From a virus, in the UHGV virus genome UHGV-0168745: a stretch of DNA of 21,678 bases. One strand, written 5' to 3'. Position 1 is the first letter of the stretch, and the number at the start of each line of letters is the position of its first letter. This document shows positions 1-8,004 of this stretch, piece by piece. Position numbers and translations under genes: made by a program. The notes below the pieces were generated by a model. That model had not been told where the DNA came from, ran no database searches, and saw nothing but the letters and a program-made list of their open reading frames with translations.

Positions 1-4
1 GAAA

Positions 5-697
5 ATGGTGGGGCAGGTAACAAAGCTGAAGGAAGTGACGATTAACAGCAACCAGATGCTTTTGGAAATCGTGAATGAAGGCGACCACGTAGACGTCGAC
101 ACAATCCTATGCACGTTTACTGACGACTTGACAGGCGATATGAGTGCCTTTAGTCAGGAAGCAGCCGCAACGTTGCAAAGTTTAAGTTCGTACGCACCTC
201 GTGCAGGGGTACGTGGTATCGTGGATAAAATCGAAGTGGTGTATCACGGTGAAACCGAAGACATGACACCAAGTCTTGCTGAACTGGTGCGTAAATACGA
301 CAGAATTCGTCGTAAAGCGGCACTGGCAGTCGGTCGTGGTGATCCGGTTTCAGGTAGCGTAAACGGTGACTACCGTGTCGAGGGTGTACCATTGGCCTTT
401 AACTCACTGTGTGTTCGATTCTTTATTACACACGACGTTGAGATGGCCGCAGCGGATAAGATGGTTATTGCTAACCAGCTAAAAACCACCGTACAAGAAG
501 TTATGTACGGCGACAACAAAACAGAGGATGGTGATGACCTGGACGTGCTGTTCGGTCGTGATTCCGTCGATGCGCGTATCGTAGGTTCAATCCAACGTAT
601 CGGTACCTCGAATGCTGTAGGTGAACAAGCCGGGATTCTTATCGGGCGTATACTCGATGGGGAAGCTGTGCCTGATTTACCCGCGACACTTAAATAA
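5..697 (+). CDS. hypothetical protein (230 aa from first ATG); frame is open back to the window edge, so it may be 5'-partial
   Basis: 693-nt ORF with codon usage matching neighbouring genes (CGT/CTG/CCG rich); no in-frame stop between position 2 and the ATG at 5; stop TAA at 695-697 is followed by a GC-rich hairpin. No motif recognised. Confidence 0.5.
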   Translation: MVGQVTKLKEVTINSNQMLLEIVNEGDHVDVDTILCTFTDDLTGDMSAFSQEAAATLQSLSSYAPRAGVRGIVDKIEVVYHGETEDMTPSLAELVRKYDRIRRKAALAVGRGDPVSGSVNGDYRVEGVPLAFNSLCVRFFITHDVEMAAADKMVIANQLKTTVQEVMYGDNKTEDGDDLDVLFGRDSVDARIVGSIQRIGTSNAVGEQAGILIGRILDGEAVPDLPATLK

Positions 698-703
698 TCT
701 CAG

Positions 704-725
704 GGGGTGGGTCGCTCCCACCCTG
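704..725 (+). other. GC-rich intergenic stem-loop without U-tract (GGGGTGGG-tcgct-CCCACCCT)
   Basis: Inverted repeat read directly: 705-711 pair with 717-723 (7 bp plus a G-U wobble), 5-nt loop; lies between stop at 697 and next start at 745; no downstream T-run, so not a classic intrinsic terminator. Confidence 0.3.
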
Positions 726-744
726 GTAAACTCCGGAGAAGAGA

Positions 745-1038
745 ATGTCTATTCTAGATAAAATCAAGCAGCGGCACGGTATTCCGACTGGGAAAAATAT
801 TACCCAGCAAAACGTGGAGGGGTACAGTCCTATCCAGCGTACCAACTACGTGTCTTTAGGTAACACCGTCGAATTAGCAACGGAAATTGTACACGGTCTG
901 ATTCGCGGTAACTCAGGAATGTCTGACCGTATCGGTGATCAGAAACTGCTGAAACGTGATATTGCAGATCTGGTGGGCGCGCGTTTGTACGCGATGCTTC
1001 AGGCGAACATCAGCACGAATAAAGAGGTTAAACAATGA
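745..1038 (+). CDS. hypothetical protein, 97 aa
   Basis: ORF with GGAG 6 nt upstream of ATG; its stop overlaps the next gene's start (ATGA at 1035-1038), indicating translational coupling. Confidence 0.5.
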   Translation: MSILDKIKQRHGIPTGKNITQQNVEGYSPIQRTNYVSLGNTVELATEIVHGLIRGNSGMSDRIGDQKLLKRDIADLVGARLYAMLQANISTNKEVKQ

Positions 1039-2495
1039 TCAGTTTATACTCGCTGAATGCGGTTACTAACGCCATGAAGCTGTGCAAACAGCATAACGTT
1101 CAGCTTGGCACAGACGTTGACTCTCCCGTTGATTTGCTCAACCGTGCAGTCGATCCTACGCGTGTTTTCGATACCACGATCACCGACGAACAGTTCTTCC
1201 AGGAACTGCCTGCGATTACGCAGCTTAAACGTCCAACTGACGGTACGGCGGAAGCGTCGATTATTCGTGACGGTGCTGTTGAAGTTGAAGCGCTGCGGGT
1301 GGATGATCACGAAACCACACTGTTTGAACTGAAGAACATGGCTATCCAGCGCTGCAACGGAATGCTGGACTTTGCCCGTAACGTTGTTCAGCCGTTTGTA
1401 CAGTTGGTTATCCAGAACAACACGATTGAAGATGTTAAACCGTTGGTCGAAGACTGGAACCTGATTCCGGTAGGTATCGATCCGTGCGTAGATTCTCCTG
1501 TTGTTCAAGCCCTGATCCAAGAAATCGCTAACCCGATGGGTAACGGTACGACTTACGACCCGATCAAGTTCGACGTACCGACCAACATCGAGATTCCTGA
1601 AACGGGCGTAAAAGCGTACGATGAACTGGTCCGTAAACTGTTAAACGACCTGAACCTCAGCATGTACGATGCGGCAAAACTGCTGCTGGCAGGTAACTAC
1701 ACCGCACCGGTTGCAGATAATGCACCGCAGCTGGTAAGAGAACGTGTTCTGGTACTGCTGCTGTCCTCGTTCTTTATCGAACGTCCGTGGCCTGACTCAG
1801 GTGTTGATTCCCTGAAATGGAAAGCGGAAATGGGACGTGCGTACTACACGTCCATCGGTTGGGTATACGGCTTCGAAAAAGCGGTCGCTAACCGTGTTGC
1901 AACGGGTAACATCGTTTACTCTTACGACACTGCTGAGAAAAACGTATATATCTGTCAGGAAACGATGGATGACTACCTGGAAAAAGGGGGTATCGTTGAA
2001 GCCCTGCTGGGTGCTATCTATCTGATGGATGAAGGCGACTATAACGTCTCCGCACGTGTCGCGTCTCTACTGGAGAACCAGAAAACTTACGTTGAAGCTT
2101 ACAACCGTCGTGCTATTATCGTTCAGAAACGAAACGAACTCGATTGGGTAAGTCGTAACCGTCAGGCACTGAAAAACGCGTTCTCTATCGCTATCGATCA
2201 ACTGGATCAAGCTTACATCGACAATAGCGATTGGCCACGTACGCGACAAGACGTCAAAGTCGGTGTAATGTCTGCTTGCGATTTCTTCTTTGTCAACGCA
2301 GACGAAGACATTACGCTGTTTATCATCCAAACGGCGTGTAATGATGTTTTCCAAGCTTATGAGATTGGTCCGCTAATGCGTGCAATCCACACAGCGATGA
2401 TTGAAAACACCGACCCGGCAGAAGCCGCGACCAGTTGGATGATTGACTATGTACTGAACTGGATTGCAGGTTCAGTATTCGTCGAGAAACTTTAA
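1035..2495 (+). CDS. hypothetical protein, 486 aa (possibly virion/morphogenesis associated)
   Basis: Long ORF, GAGG 7 nt upstream of ATG, start overlaps upstream stop (ATGA). No catalytic motif recognised by eye. Confidence 0.65.
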   Translation: MISLYSLNAVTNAMKLCKQHNVQLGTDVDSPVDLLNRAVDPTRVFDTTITDEQFFQELPAITQLKRPTDGTAEASIIRDGAVEVEALRVDDHETTLFELKNMAIQRCNGMLDFARNVVQPFVQLVIQNNTIEDVKPLVEDWNLIPVGIDPCVDSPVVQALIQEIANPMGNGTTYDPIKFDVPTNIEIPETGVKAYDELVRKLLNDLNLSMYDAAKLLLAGNYTAPVADNAPQLVRERVLVLLLSSFFIERPWPDSGVDSLKWKAEMGRAYYTSIGWVYGFEKAVANRVATGNIVYSYDTAEKNVYICQETMDDYLEKGGIVEALLGAIYLMDEGDYNVSARVASLLENQKTYVEAYNRRAIIVQKRNELDWVSRNRQALKNAFSIAIDQLDQAYIDNSDWPRTRQDVKVGVMSACDFFFVNADEDITLFIIQTACNDVFQAYEIGPLMRAIHTAMIENTDPAEAATSWMIDYVLNWIAGSVFVEKL

Positions 2496-2513
2496 CGCGC
2501 TTAGGAGGTGATC

Positions 2514-3242
2514 GTGAGTGCGATTGAAACAGCCCGTCGTGACCCTACTAAGGTTCATGCGGACTTGGTAAATAACGGCACGGTCACCACTACCAAAGGG
2601 GGATGTTACATTTACATCCCCGTTGGGTTTGTGGCGAAAGAGTTGGCGGTTATTTCTTCTACGGTAACAATTGTAGGGATCTTTGCGATTTCTACCGACC
2701 GTAAAACATATGGGGTGTCCAGCGTTACAACGCTTATGGAAATTACCCCAACGGCGTTTGAAGAGATCGACGTCTTTGGCGTTCCTTATTACGAATTTCG
2801 TTTTGATCCCGGTACAGTGGTTTTCCCCAACCGCAATTTACAGGTGTTGTCTCAGCCTATTTACAACATTGCGTCGTATATTTACGACTTTGGTAATCGT
2901 CCTTTCTGGTTTACTGCGGCGGATGATGCTGAACTTTTGGCACCCGATAAAGTCAAGAAATGGAACGGTTTTACTGTATTTGCCGATCAGATTACCGCTG
3001 ATGTTTACGCAGCACACACACAGCGTAAAGTGGGTGATCCGAGAACGTTCTTCCGTTACACACTGAAGAAAGATAGCGATCTTAACAACCCTGTGCAGTT
3101 TATTCCGTTGCGCAGTGGTTCACTTAACAAAACGTCGAGACTGGCGAAGCTTGCGGACGTAGAACTTAAACGTGGTATCCGTTCTGCGCTACAGGTTGAC
3201 CCAGTGCGTGCCGAACCGCTCGAAGATTTGTTTATGAGGTAA
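2514..3242 (+). CDS. hypothetical protein, about 242 aa (start GTG 2514 preferred over GTG 2508)
   Basis: AGGAGG at 2503-2508 sits 5 nt before GTG at 2514; the GTG at 2508 given in the ORF track lies inside the Shine-Dalgarno itself. Stop TAA 3240-3242. Confidence 0.6.
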   Translation: MSAIETARRDPTKVHADLVNNGTVTTTKGGCYIYIPVGFVAKELAVISSTVTIVGIFAISTDRKTYGVSSVTTLMEITPTAFEEIDVFGVPYYEFRFDPGTVVFPNRNLQVLSQPIYNIASYIYDFGNRPFWFTAADDAELLAPDKVKKWNGFTVFADQITADVYAAHTQRKVGDPRTFFRYTLKKDSDLNNPVQFIPLRSGSLNKTSRLAKLADVELKRGIRSALQVDPVRAEPLEDLFMR

Positions 3243-3273
3243 TTTTACCTTTTACTTTTACTCGGGGAAAACA

Positions 3274-4077
3274 ATGGACAACTTAACACTGCGTTACAAC
3301 TGTGTAGCGTTAGCCGGTGTTAACGCTCCAGCCACGCTGGAGAAAGACGCGGATGGTTATTACCGCGTACTTTTGGGTGCTTTGAATATCTTTAACTCGG
3401 AAGGGATTTTCTACGCCTATAACGAGTCTAAACACGTATTCGAACGCTCTAACATTTTCATGCGTAAAGTGAAAGCAGGGAATCTGTTCGGGGAAGAAGA
3501 TCACCCGGCACCAGAGCCTGGTATGACCGAAGCGCAATGGATTGATCGCAACGAATGGATTGAGACGAAAAACGTCTGTATGCACATTCGTGAAGTTGAA
3601 GTGATTCCAACCGACCAAACCTGTAACGGGTTGCCGGTTATGGAAATCTGGGGCTGGATTAAACCGAACCGTGAACGTGGTCCGTACTTAGCAGAAGCAC
3701 TCGAAAACCCGCACCAGAATGTGTGTTTCTCTCTGCGCGCGATCGTACGTGAAGGTTATGTGGGTGGCGTGAAAACACGTCGCTTGGATCGTCTGGTGAC
3801 GTTTGACTGGGTTATCGAAGACGGGTTGCAGATTTGTAACAAATACTCTGCGATTCAGCGCGGTAGCAAAGTTGCTCAAGAATCCACCCGCGTCCTGCTG
3901 GACCGTCGTGTTTCTCTCCAGGCGCTGGAGGACATCCTGCGGAATCCTAACACGACATCTGCTATCGCGACTGAATCTCGTCGTGGTGAAGTTCGTGCGT
4001 TGGCGCAGGAGTACCTGGCAATTGCTAACAAGAAAACTAACCTGCGTGTTATGGGTTTAGGTAACGGGAAGTGGTAA
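3274..4077 (+). CDS. hypothetical protein, 267 aa
   Basis: ORF preceded by GGGGA Shine-Dalgarno and a triple TTTTAC repeat; stop TAA 4075-4077 abuts the next ATG at 4078. Confidence 0.65.
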   Translation: MDNLTLRYNCVALAGVNAPATLEKDADGYYRVLLGALNIFNSEGIFYAYNESKHVFERSNIFMRKVKAGNLFGEEDHPAPEPGMTEAQWIDRNEWIETKNVCMHIREVEVIPTDQTCNGLPVMEIWGWIKPNRERGPYLAEALENPHQNVCFSLRAIVREGYVGGVKTRRLDRLVTFDWVIEDGLQICNKYSAIQRGSKVAQESTRVLLDRRVSLQALEDILRNPNTTSAIATESRRGEVRALAQEYLAIANKKTNLRVMGLGNGKW

Positions 4078-4716
4078 ATGGCTGATACTATTGAACCTTC
4101 GTTGGTGAAGTGGTTAGAACAGCAACTACCACGCACCGCAAAGAAAGTTTCTTTGAAAAAGTTAGATAGTGCCCCGTTACATATCAGCGATCGAAAGATT
4201 CCGGTTTTCACACCTCGGATTCCTTATAGCGTTTACAGCGACGAAGACAAAACGGTACCCCGTATTTGTTGTTCTGTCGATTTAGAACGTTGCCTACGTG
4301 GTGTCCGTCGTTACTTTACGCCTGCGGAAACCGCGAATGTGGTGCCACGTTTTTATCTGTATGGGTTCGACGAACGTGATGTTGTGCAACCCTCGATAGA
4401 ACTGTCGGCTGAACCGTACCGCGCTAATGAAGTCTGGATTGTTCCTCACCGTTTATCGAACTGGGAAATTAAACCCAGTGTGGTTGGTGAATTGCGTTTA
4501 GTTCGCCTGGCAGATAACGGATATTCTCACACATTAGCAGTAGCGCTTAACCAAGACGTTCGTTTGAATGCTAACCAACTATTAAAAGGTGGTTCGTTCT
4601 ACGAGCTTACGGTAACGTGTAGTGAGCGGGAACCACAAATTACGATTTCTGATGCAAAAGAAATCTCTCGGGGTATTTTTGACGCTGCGTTAAACGAATA
4701 CACTGTAACTCCATAA
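4078..4716 (+). CDS. hypothetical protein, 212 aa
   Basis: ORF starting immediately after the upstream stop (TAAATG), suggesting coupled translation; no motif recognised. Confidence 0.6.
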   Translation: MADTIEPSLVKWLEQQLPRTAKKVSLKKLDSAPLHISDRKIPVFTPRIPYSVYSDEDKTVPRICCSVDLERCLRGVRRYFTPAETANVVPRFYLYGFDERDVVQPSIELSAEPYRANEVWIVPHRLSNWEIKPSVVGELRLVRLADNGYSHTLAVALNQDVRLNANQLLKGGSFYELTVTCSEREPQITISDAKEISRGIFDAALNEYTVTP

Positions 4717-4765
4717 TCGCCCAGTTCATGGTCTGCAACCCGAATTTGTCGATTGTGAGGGAAGC

Positions 4766-5065
4766 ATGAAAGTGGTTAACATTGCCATACCTCCGACTTT
4801 GCAAGCTTTAACGCCTGAGGAACTGAAAGCGCTAACCATCTACGCCGTTCAAGGACGTGCTGGAAAGGAAGTGCTTTCTTCGATACTCGCTGAACGTTTT
4901 GACACCAAACGTAAAGTCAACAACATTGTCGCAGGTATTTCACAACAAGATATCGCGAAATTTTATTGCGATGTGCGTCAAGCCGGTACCGAGATCGACT
5001 TTACACGTACGTACCTCTTGTTAACTGAACCGTATCGGTTCATTCTTTCTATTAAGCAGTCCTGA
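4766..5065 (+). CDS. hypothetical small protein, 99 aa
   Basis: ORF with GAGGGA 4-5 nt upstream of ATG; followed by an AT-rich intergenic region. Confidence 0.45.
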   Translation: MKVVNIAIPPTLQALTPEELKALTIYAVQGRAGKEVLSSILAERFDTKRKVNNIVAGISQQDIAKFYCDVRQAGTEIDFTRTYLLLTEPYRFILSIKQS

Positions 5066-5132
5066 TTTTATTATTTTTACGATTTCTACCGTTATTGTGT
5101 CGGAGGAACTTCTACAAAAAGGATAATCAAAA

Positions 5133-5684
5133 ATGTTCAATTTAGATAGTGACGGCGTATTCGCAAGTTGGCGCAAATACGTGCTGACACACCACTTTCA
5201 AGGAATGTCCATACAAGAATTTCATGGAATGCCGGAATTGCACCGCCGTGCACTGGTTCGGGAAATGTATTTAAAGGACCCGGATCTTTTTTATAAACTA
5301 GACCCTATACCCGAGGCAGCAAAAATCCTTGAAACGGTAGAAAGTCTGGGGGAATGCTGGGCGATATTAACGTCAGGTTCGGAAGATCATTTCGACCACG
5401 ACCGTGTTGTTGAGTGTAAAAAGTTATTCTTCGAGAAACACTTTGGTGTGCCTGGTCACAAAGTTATCGTGACTACAAACTCTGCGGAAAAAGCGACTTA
5501 CGCTGATAAGGGGAGATTGTTAGTGGATGACTATGGCCGGAATTGCCGTGAGTGGGTGTTAAAGAACGGGACCGCGATTTATACGCGAACGGATGAGCCT
5601 GACGTTGACGCAGTTTGTCGACAGCTCAGAACATTCGCAGAAAACCCCTTCGAATACTCAGGTCAGATTTTGTGCGTGCAGTAA
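5133..5684 (+). CDS. HAD-superfamily 5'(3')-deoxyribonucleotidase-like protein (NT5C family), 183 aa
   Basis: N-terminal LDSDGV fits the HAD motif I DxDx[TV]; from memory it parallels the human cytosolic/mitochondrial 5'(3')-deoxyribonucleotidase pattern (DMDGVLADF ... LEPIPGA ... LIDD) as DSDGVFASW ... LDPIPEA ... LVDD. AAGGA Shine-Dalgarno 9 nt upstream. Confidence 0.7.
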   Translation: MFNLDSDGVFASWRKYVLTHHFQGMSIQEFHGMPELHRRALVREMYLKDPDLFYKLDPIPEAAKILETVESLGECWAILTSGSEDHFDHDRVVECKKLFFEKHFGVPGHKVIVTTNSAEKATYADKGRLLVDDYGRNCREWVLKNGTAIYTRTDEPDVDAVCRQLRTFAENPFEYSGQILCVQ

Positions 5685-5692
5685 AACCTTTC

Positions 5693-5732
5693 GGGTAGTC
5701 TATTCGATGAATAGACTACCCTACCTTTATTT
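5693..5732 (+). terminator. putative intrinsic terminator (13-bp perfect stem GGGTAGTCTATTC / GAATAGACTACCC, 3-nt loop, then TTTATTTT)
   Basis: Perfect inverted repeat 5693-5705 / 5709-5721, immediately after stop at 5684; T-rich tract begins 5 nt after the stem. Confidence 0.45.
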
Positions 5733-5827
5733 TAACCCTATTGAAAAATATCTTGGATATATTTTACTTAGGTGAGCGTTGTAGAATTACACGCTATTCG
5801 ACTGTTTAACCTAAAGGAGAATTAAGC

Positions 5828-6253
5828 ATGAAAAGCGAATTATTTAAAGACCCGTTTGTTGCAATGATGGTTGCTGTCAGAGCAGCGGGAGACTCTAAGG
5901 ATTTAAAACGACTCCTCACCGATGAAGAATACTTACGCGAACAACGCACTGAGTATTTAGAAAAAGAAATCCAGGAATTTCCTGGCAATATGAAAGTGTT
6001 AATTGAAACGCTTAAAGAAGAGAAGTGGAGAAAAACACATCCGTTATCTGAGCACATTGATTTATCAATTGAAAAACTATTTCTGGAAGTGAAGGCGGAT
6101 AAAAAGCTTTGGGCTAAACTGGATGTGTCCGACCATGAGGTGTTAGTAATTGTTTTACGGGCAGCCATCCGCAACATCAAGTTGGTAGCAATTGAACTTG
6201 TAGGTAACACTCAAGGAGATGCAGCTCATGGTCTGGTCAGAACAATTCATTGA
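5828..6253 (+). CDS. hypothetical protein, 141 aa, K/E-rich (coiled-coil-like)
   Basis: ORF with extended Shine-Dalgarno ACCTAAAGGAG 8 nt upstream of ATG; overlaps the next ORF by about 26 nt. Confidence 0.5.
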   Translation: MKSELFKDPFVAMMVAVRAAGDSKDLKRLLTDEEYLREQRTEYLEKEIQEFPGNMKVLIETLKEEKWRKTHPLSEHIDLSIEKLFLEVKADKKLWAKLDVSDHEVLVIVLRAAIRNIKLVAIELVGNTQGDAAHGLVRTIH

Positions 6254-6617
6254 TATTTGTCGTGACCCCTTCACCTTATGGATACTGTGTAGCTTACGTC
6301 GTGATGACAGATTCTATACATTTGTTACAGACCCTCAAGCACTCGAGCTCCACGTAAAACGCGTTGAGGCGCATTTAGAGACGTTAAAAGGGGAAAGCAA
6401 TACCATTGAGCCTAAAGATGCATTTCTGTGCCGTATGGCGTCTCCTAAGTGGCGTGAAGCACATCGGTTAAAAGCACCTACACTCCCGGATATGGTACAG
6501 GAGCTTGCAAGGGCGGTAAGCGCTGACCATATCCTCTATCGAAACATTATCCAAGAACCTGACGATTGGAAAAACCATCGTATTTTGTTGGCACGTTGTC
6601 AGTTCACATTCTCTTAA
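6228..6617 (+). CDS. hypothetical protein, about 129 aa (start ATG 6228 preferred over 6219)
   Basis: AAGGAG at 6213-6218 abuts the ATG at 6219 (zero spacing) but is 9 nt from the ATG at 6228; the ORF runs to TAA at 6615-6617. Confidence 0.45.
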   Translation: MVWSEQFIDICRDPFTLWILCSLRRDDRFYTFVTDPQALELHVKRVEAHLETLKGESNTIEPKDAFLCRMASPKWREAHRLKAPTLPDMVQELARAVSADHILYRNIIQEPDDWKNHRILLARCQFTFS

Positions 6618-6638
6618 TCGACTTGTAAGGTATTATCA

Positions 6639-7310
6639 ATGGAAGCTACTGAAATTAATAAATTCTGGGAACGTGTACTTGGCCACTTCCGCGATTTCTA
6701 TCGCTATACCGATAGCGCGCATCGACTAGACCACATTCTTTCTGTGAAGTCGAATGCGATTCGTATCGCCTACCTGTTGAATGAAACTCAACACTTAAAG
6801 AACATTCTGGTTGCCGTGGCAGCGCACGATATTTTCTCCACACCTGCTGACCGTGCTTCTCACCACATCAAAGCATTCAACTACGTGCTTGATTCTGCAC
6901 CTATTCTCAAACGTCGCTTTAAGCTTAGTTGTGACGATGTAACCGAGGTAGCGTATGCGGTATTAGAACATCGGAGTTCCCACAAGGGTGGTTATAATTC
7001 CATTGTTTCTGAAATTGTCGCTGCTGCCGATCGTGGTATTCCCACCATCGAAGAAGTTAAAAATTACATGCACCGCTCTTACTTATACGCACGTGACCAT
7101 GGAAAATCCGTTACCGATTCAAAATTCCATGCCATCCGTCACGTACAAGATAAGTTCGGTCGTAATGGTAAATCCCGTGTTCCAGATTGGTATAACGCAT
7201 TGTTTGCGAAAGAAATCATGGAACGCCAAGAGTACGTTGAAATGCTCGACTTAGCGTATTTCACCGACGAAATCATCACTGGCTTAGAAAGCCGTCTTCA
7301 ACAACAGTAA
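6639..7310 (+). CDS. HD-domain metal-dependent phosphohydrolase (YfbR-like 5'-deoxynucleotidase-type), 223 aa
   Basis: Motif order SAHRLDH ... VAVAAHDI ... EHRSSH ... ADRG matches the H...HD...H...D pattern of the HD superfamily; TAAGG Shine-Dalgarno 8 nt upstream. Confidence 0.55.
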   Translation: MEATEINKFWERVLGHFRDFYRYTDSAHRLDHILSVKSNAIRIAYLLNETQHLKNILVAVAAHDIFSTPADRASHHIKAFNYVLDSAPILKRRFKLSCDDVTEVAYAVLEHRSSHKGGYNSIVSEIVAAADRGIPTIEEVKNYMHRSYLYARDHGKSVTDSKFHAIRHVQDKFGRNGKSRVPDWYNALFAKEIMERQEYVEMLDLAYFTDEIITGLESRLQQQ

Positions 7311-7329
7311 ACCTTAAGGAATAAATCAA

Positions 7330-7812
7330 ATGGCAAAAGTAATGTCTACTAAAGAACTGGCTGCAATGATCGACGCGCTGGAAACTCCGGCAATGACCCT
7401 GGGCGAAGATGCTGTACTTAACGCAGACCCGTTAATCAAAATCTACGAAGAATCGCTTCCGGTCATCAAAGTGAACGATACCGATTATCGACTGACGTTA
7501 CAGGATGCGGATGCAGTTCGTCAACATGATGCGAACTTCCTGGAAGTCTACGGTAAGGTTGCGTCAGAAGTTATCGTTGAGAAAGCAAAAGCAGACGATG
7601 AACTGGTCGCGCTGGACCTTACCACGAATATTGGTAACGCGTCGTTCTCTACGGTGTTCTCACGTCCAACTGGGGAAACAGTAGGGGCGTCTGAATGGGC
7701 AGCTTCTATCGGCTTTGGTTACGGTGTACCTAAGTCAAAAGAGCTGGAAGGGAAAATGCGCAAAGTGTTTGCCGATGCGATGATGGCGGTCGATGACGAA
7801 GACGACGAATAA
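7330..7812 (+). CDS. hypothetical acidic protein, 160 aa, C-terminal DDEDDE tail
   Basis: ORF with TAAGGA 9 nt upstream; about 19% D+E by manual count and an acidic C-terminus; followed by an intrinsic terminator. Confidence 0.5.
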   Translation: MAKVMSTKELAAMIDALETPAMTLGEDAVLNADPLIKIYEESLPVIKVNDTDYRLTLQDADAVRQHDANFLEVYGKVASEVIVEKAKADDELVALDLTTNIGNASFSTVFSRPTGETVGASEWAASIGFGYGVPKSKELEGKMRKVFADAMMAVDDEDDE

Positions 7813-7830
7813 GATCGCCATTATTTCAGG

Positions 7831-7856
7831 AGCCCGACTACATCGGGCTTTTGTTC
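7831..7856 (+). terminator. intrinsic terminator (AGCCCG-actacat-CGGGCT + TTTTGTT)
   Basis: 6-bp GC stem, 7-nt loop, U-tract immediately after, 19 nt beyond stop codon at 7812. Confidence 0.55.
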
Positions 7857-7973
7857 CTGAAGAAAAAATCAATCCTACAAAATGGCAACAACCTCTTTCT
7901 CGGAAGCCAGGGCCACCCAGACCAATTGATGGTCTGGTTTACCTGAGTCACCGACGGAGAAAATAAAATCTAG

Positions 7974-8004
7974 GGCGGTCTTATGACCGCCTTATTTTTT
8001 TTTT
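7974..8004 (+). terminator. strong intrinsic terminator (GGCGGTC-ttat-GACCGCC followed by a 13-nt T-rich run)
   Basis: Perfect 7-bp GC stem, 4-nt loop, then TTATTTTTTTTTT at 7992-8004; second terminator in tandem, about 120 nt after the first. Confidence 0.65.

Noticed and set aside
150-392. Short ORFs nested inside or antisense to long genes (e.g. 150-392 -, 1044-1520 -, 1105-1332 +, 2683-3066 +, 3310-3618 -, 3803-4060 +, 3876-4211 -, 10246-10530 +, 11038-11406 +, 13228-13752 -, 16191-16538 -, 17121-17444 -, 19341-19610 -, 20827-21120 -)
   Set aside because: Each lies wholly within a longer, well-initiated ORF on the other strand or frame, lacks a convincing Shine-Dalgarno, and its translation looks low-complexity or R/S/C-rich as expected of out-of-frame reads.
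5593-5775. 60-aa ORF 5593-5775 spanning the hairpin at 5693-5721
   Set aside because: It overlaps the 3' end of the nucleotidase gene and runs through the terminator-like hairpin and T-tract; most likely a chance frame in AT-rich DNA.
5722-5827. Sigma70-type promoter in the AT-rich region upstream of 5828 (TTGAAA, TTGGAT, TATATT, TAGAAT candidates)
   Set aside because: No -35/-10 pair has a 16-18 bp spacer (the combinations give 11, 13 or 23 bp), so no canonical host promoter can be asserted.
7882-7929. 15-codon ATG frame (MATTSFSEARATQTN) in the inter-terminator segment
   Set aside because: No Shine-Dalgarno and too short to call; the segment is better explained as non-coding, possibly an sRNA.
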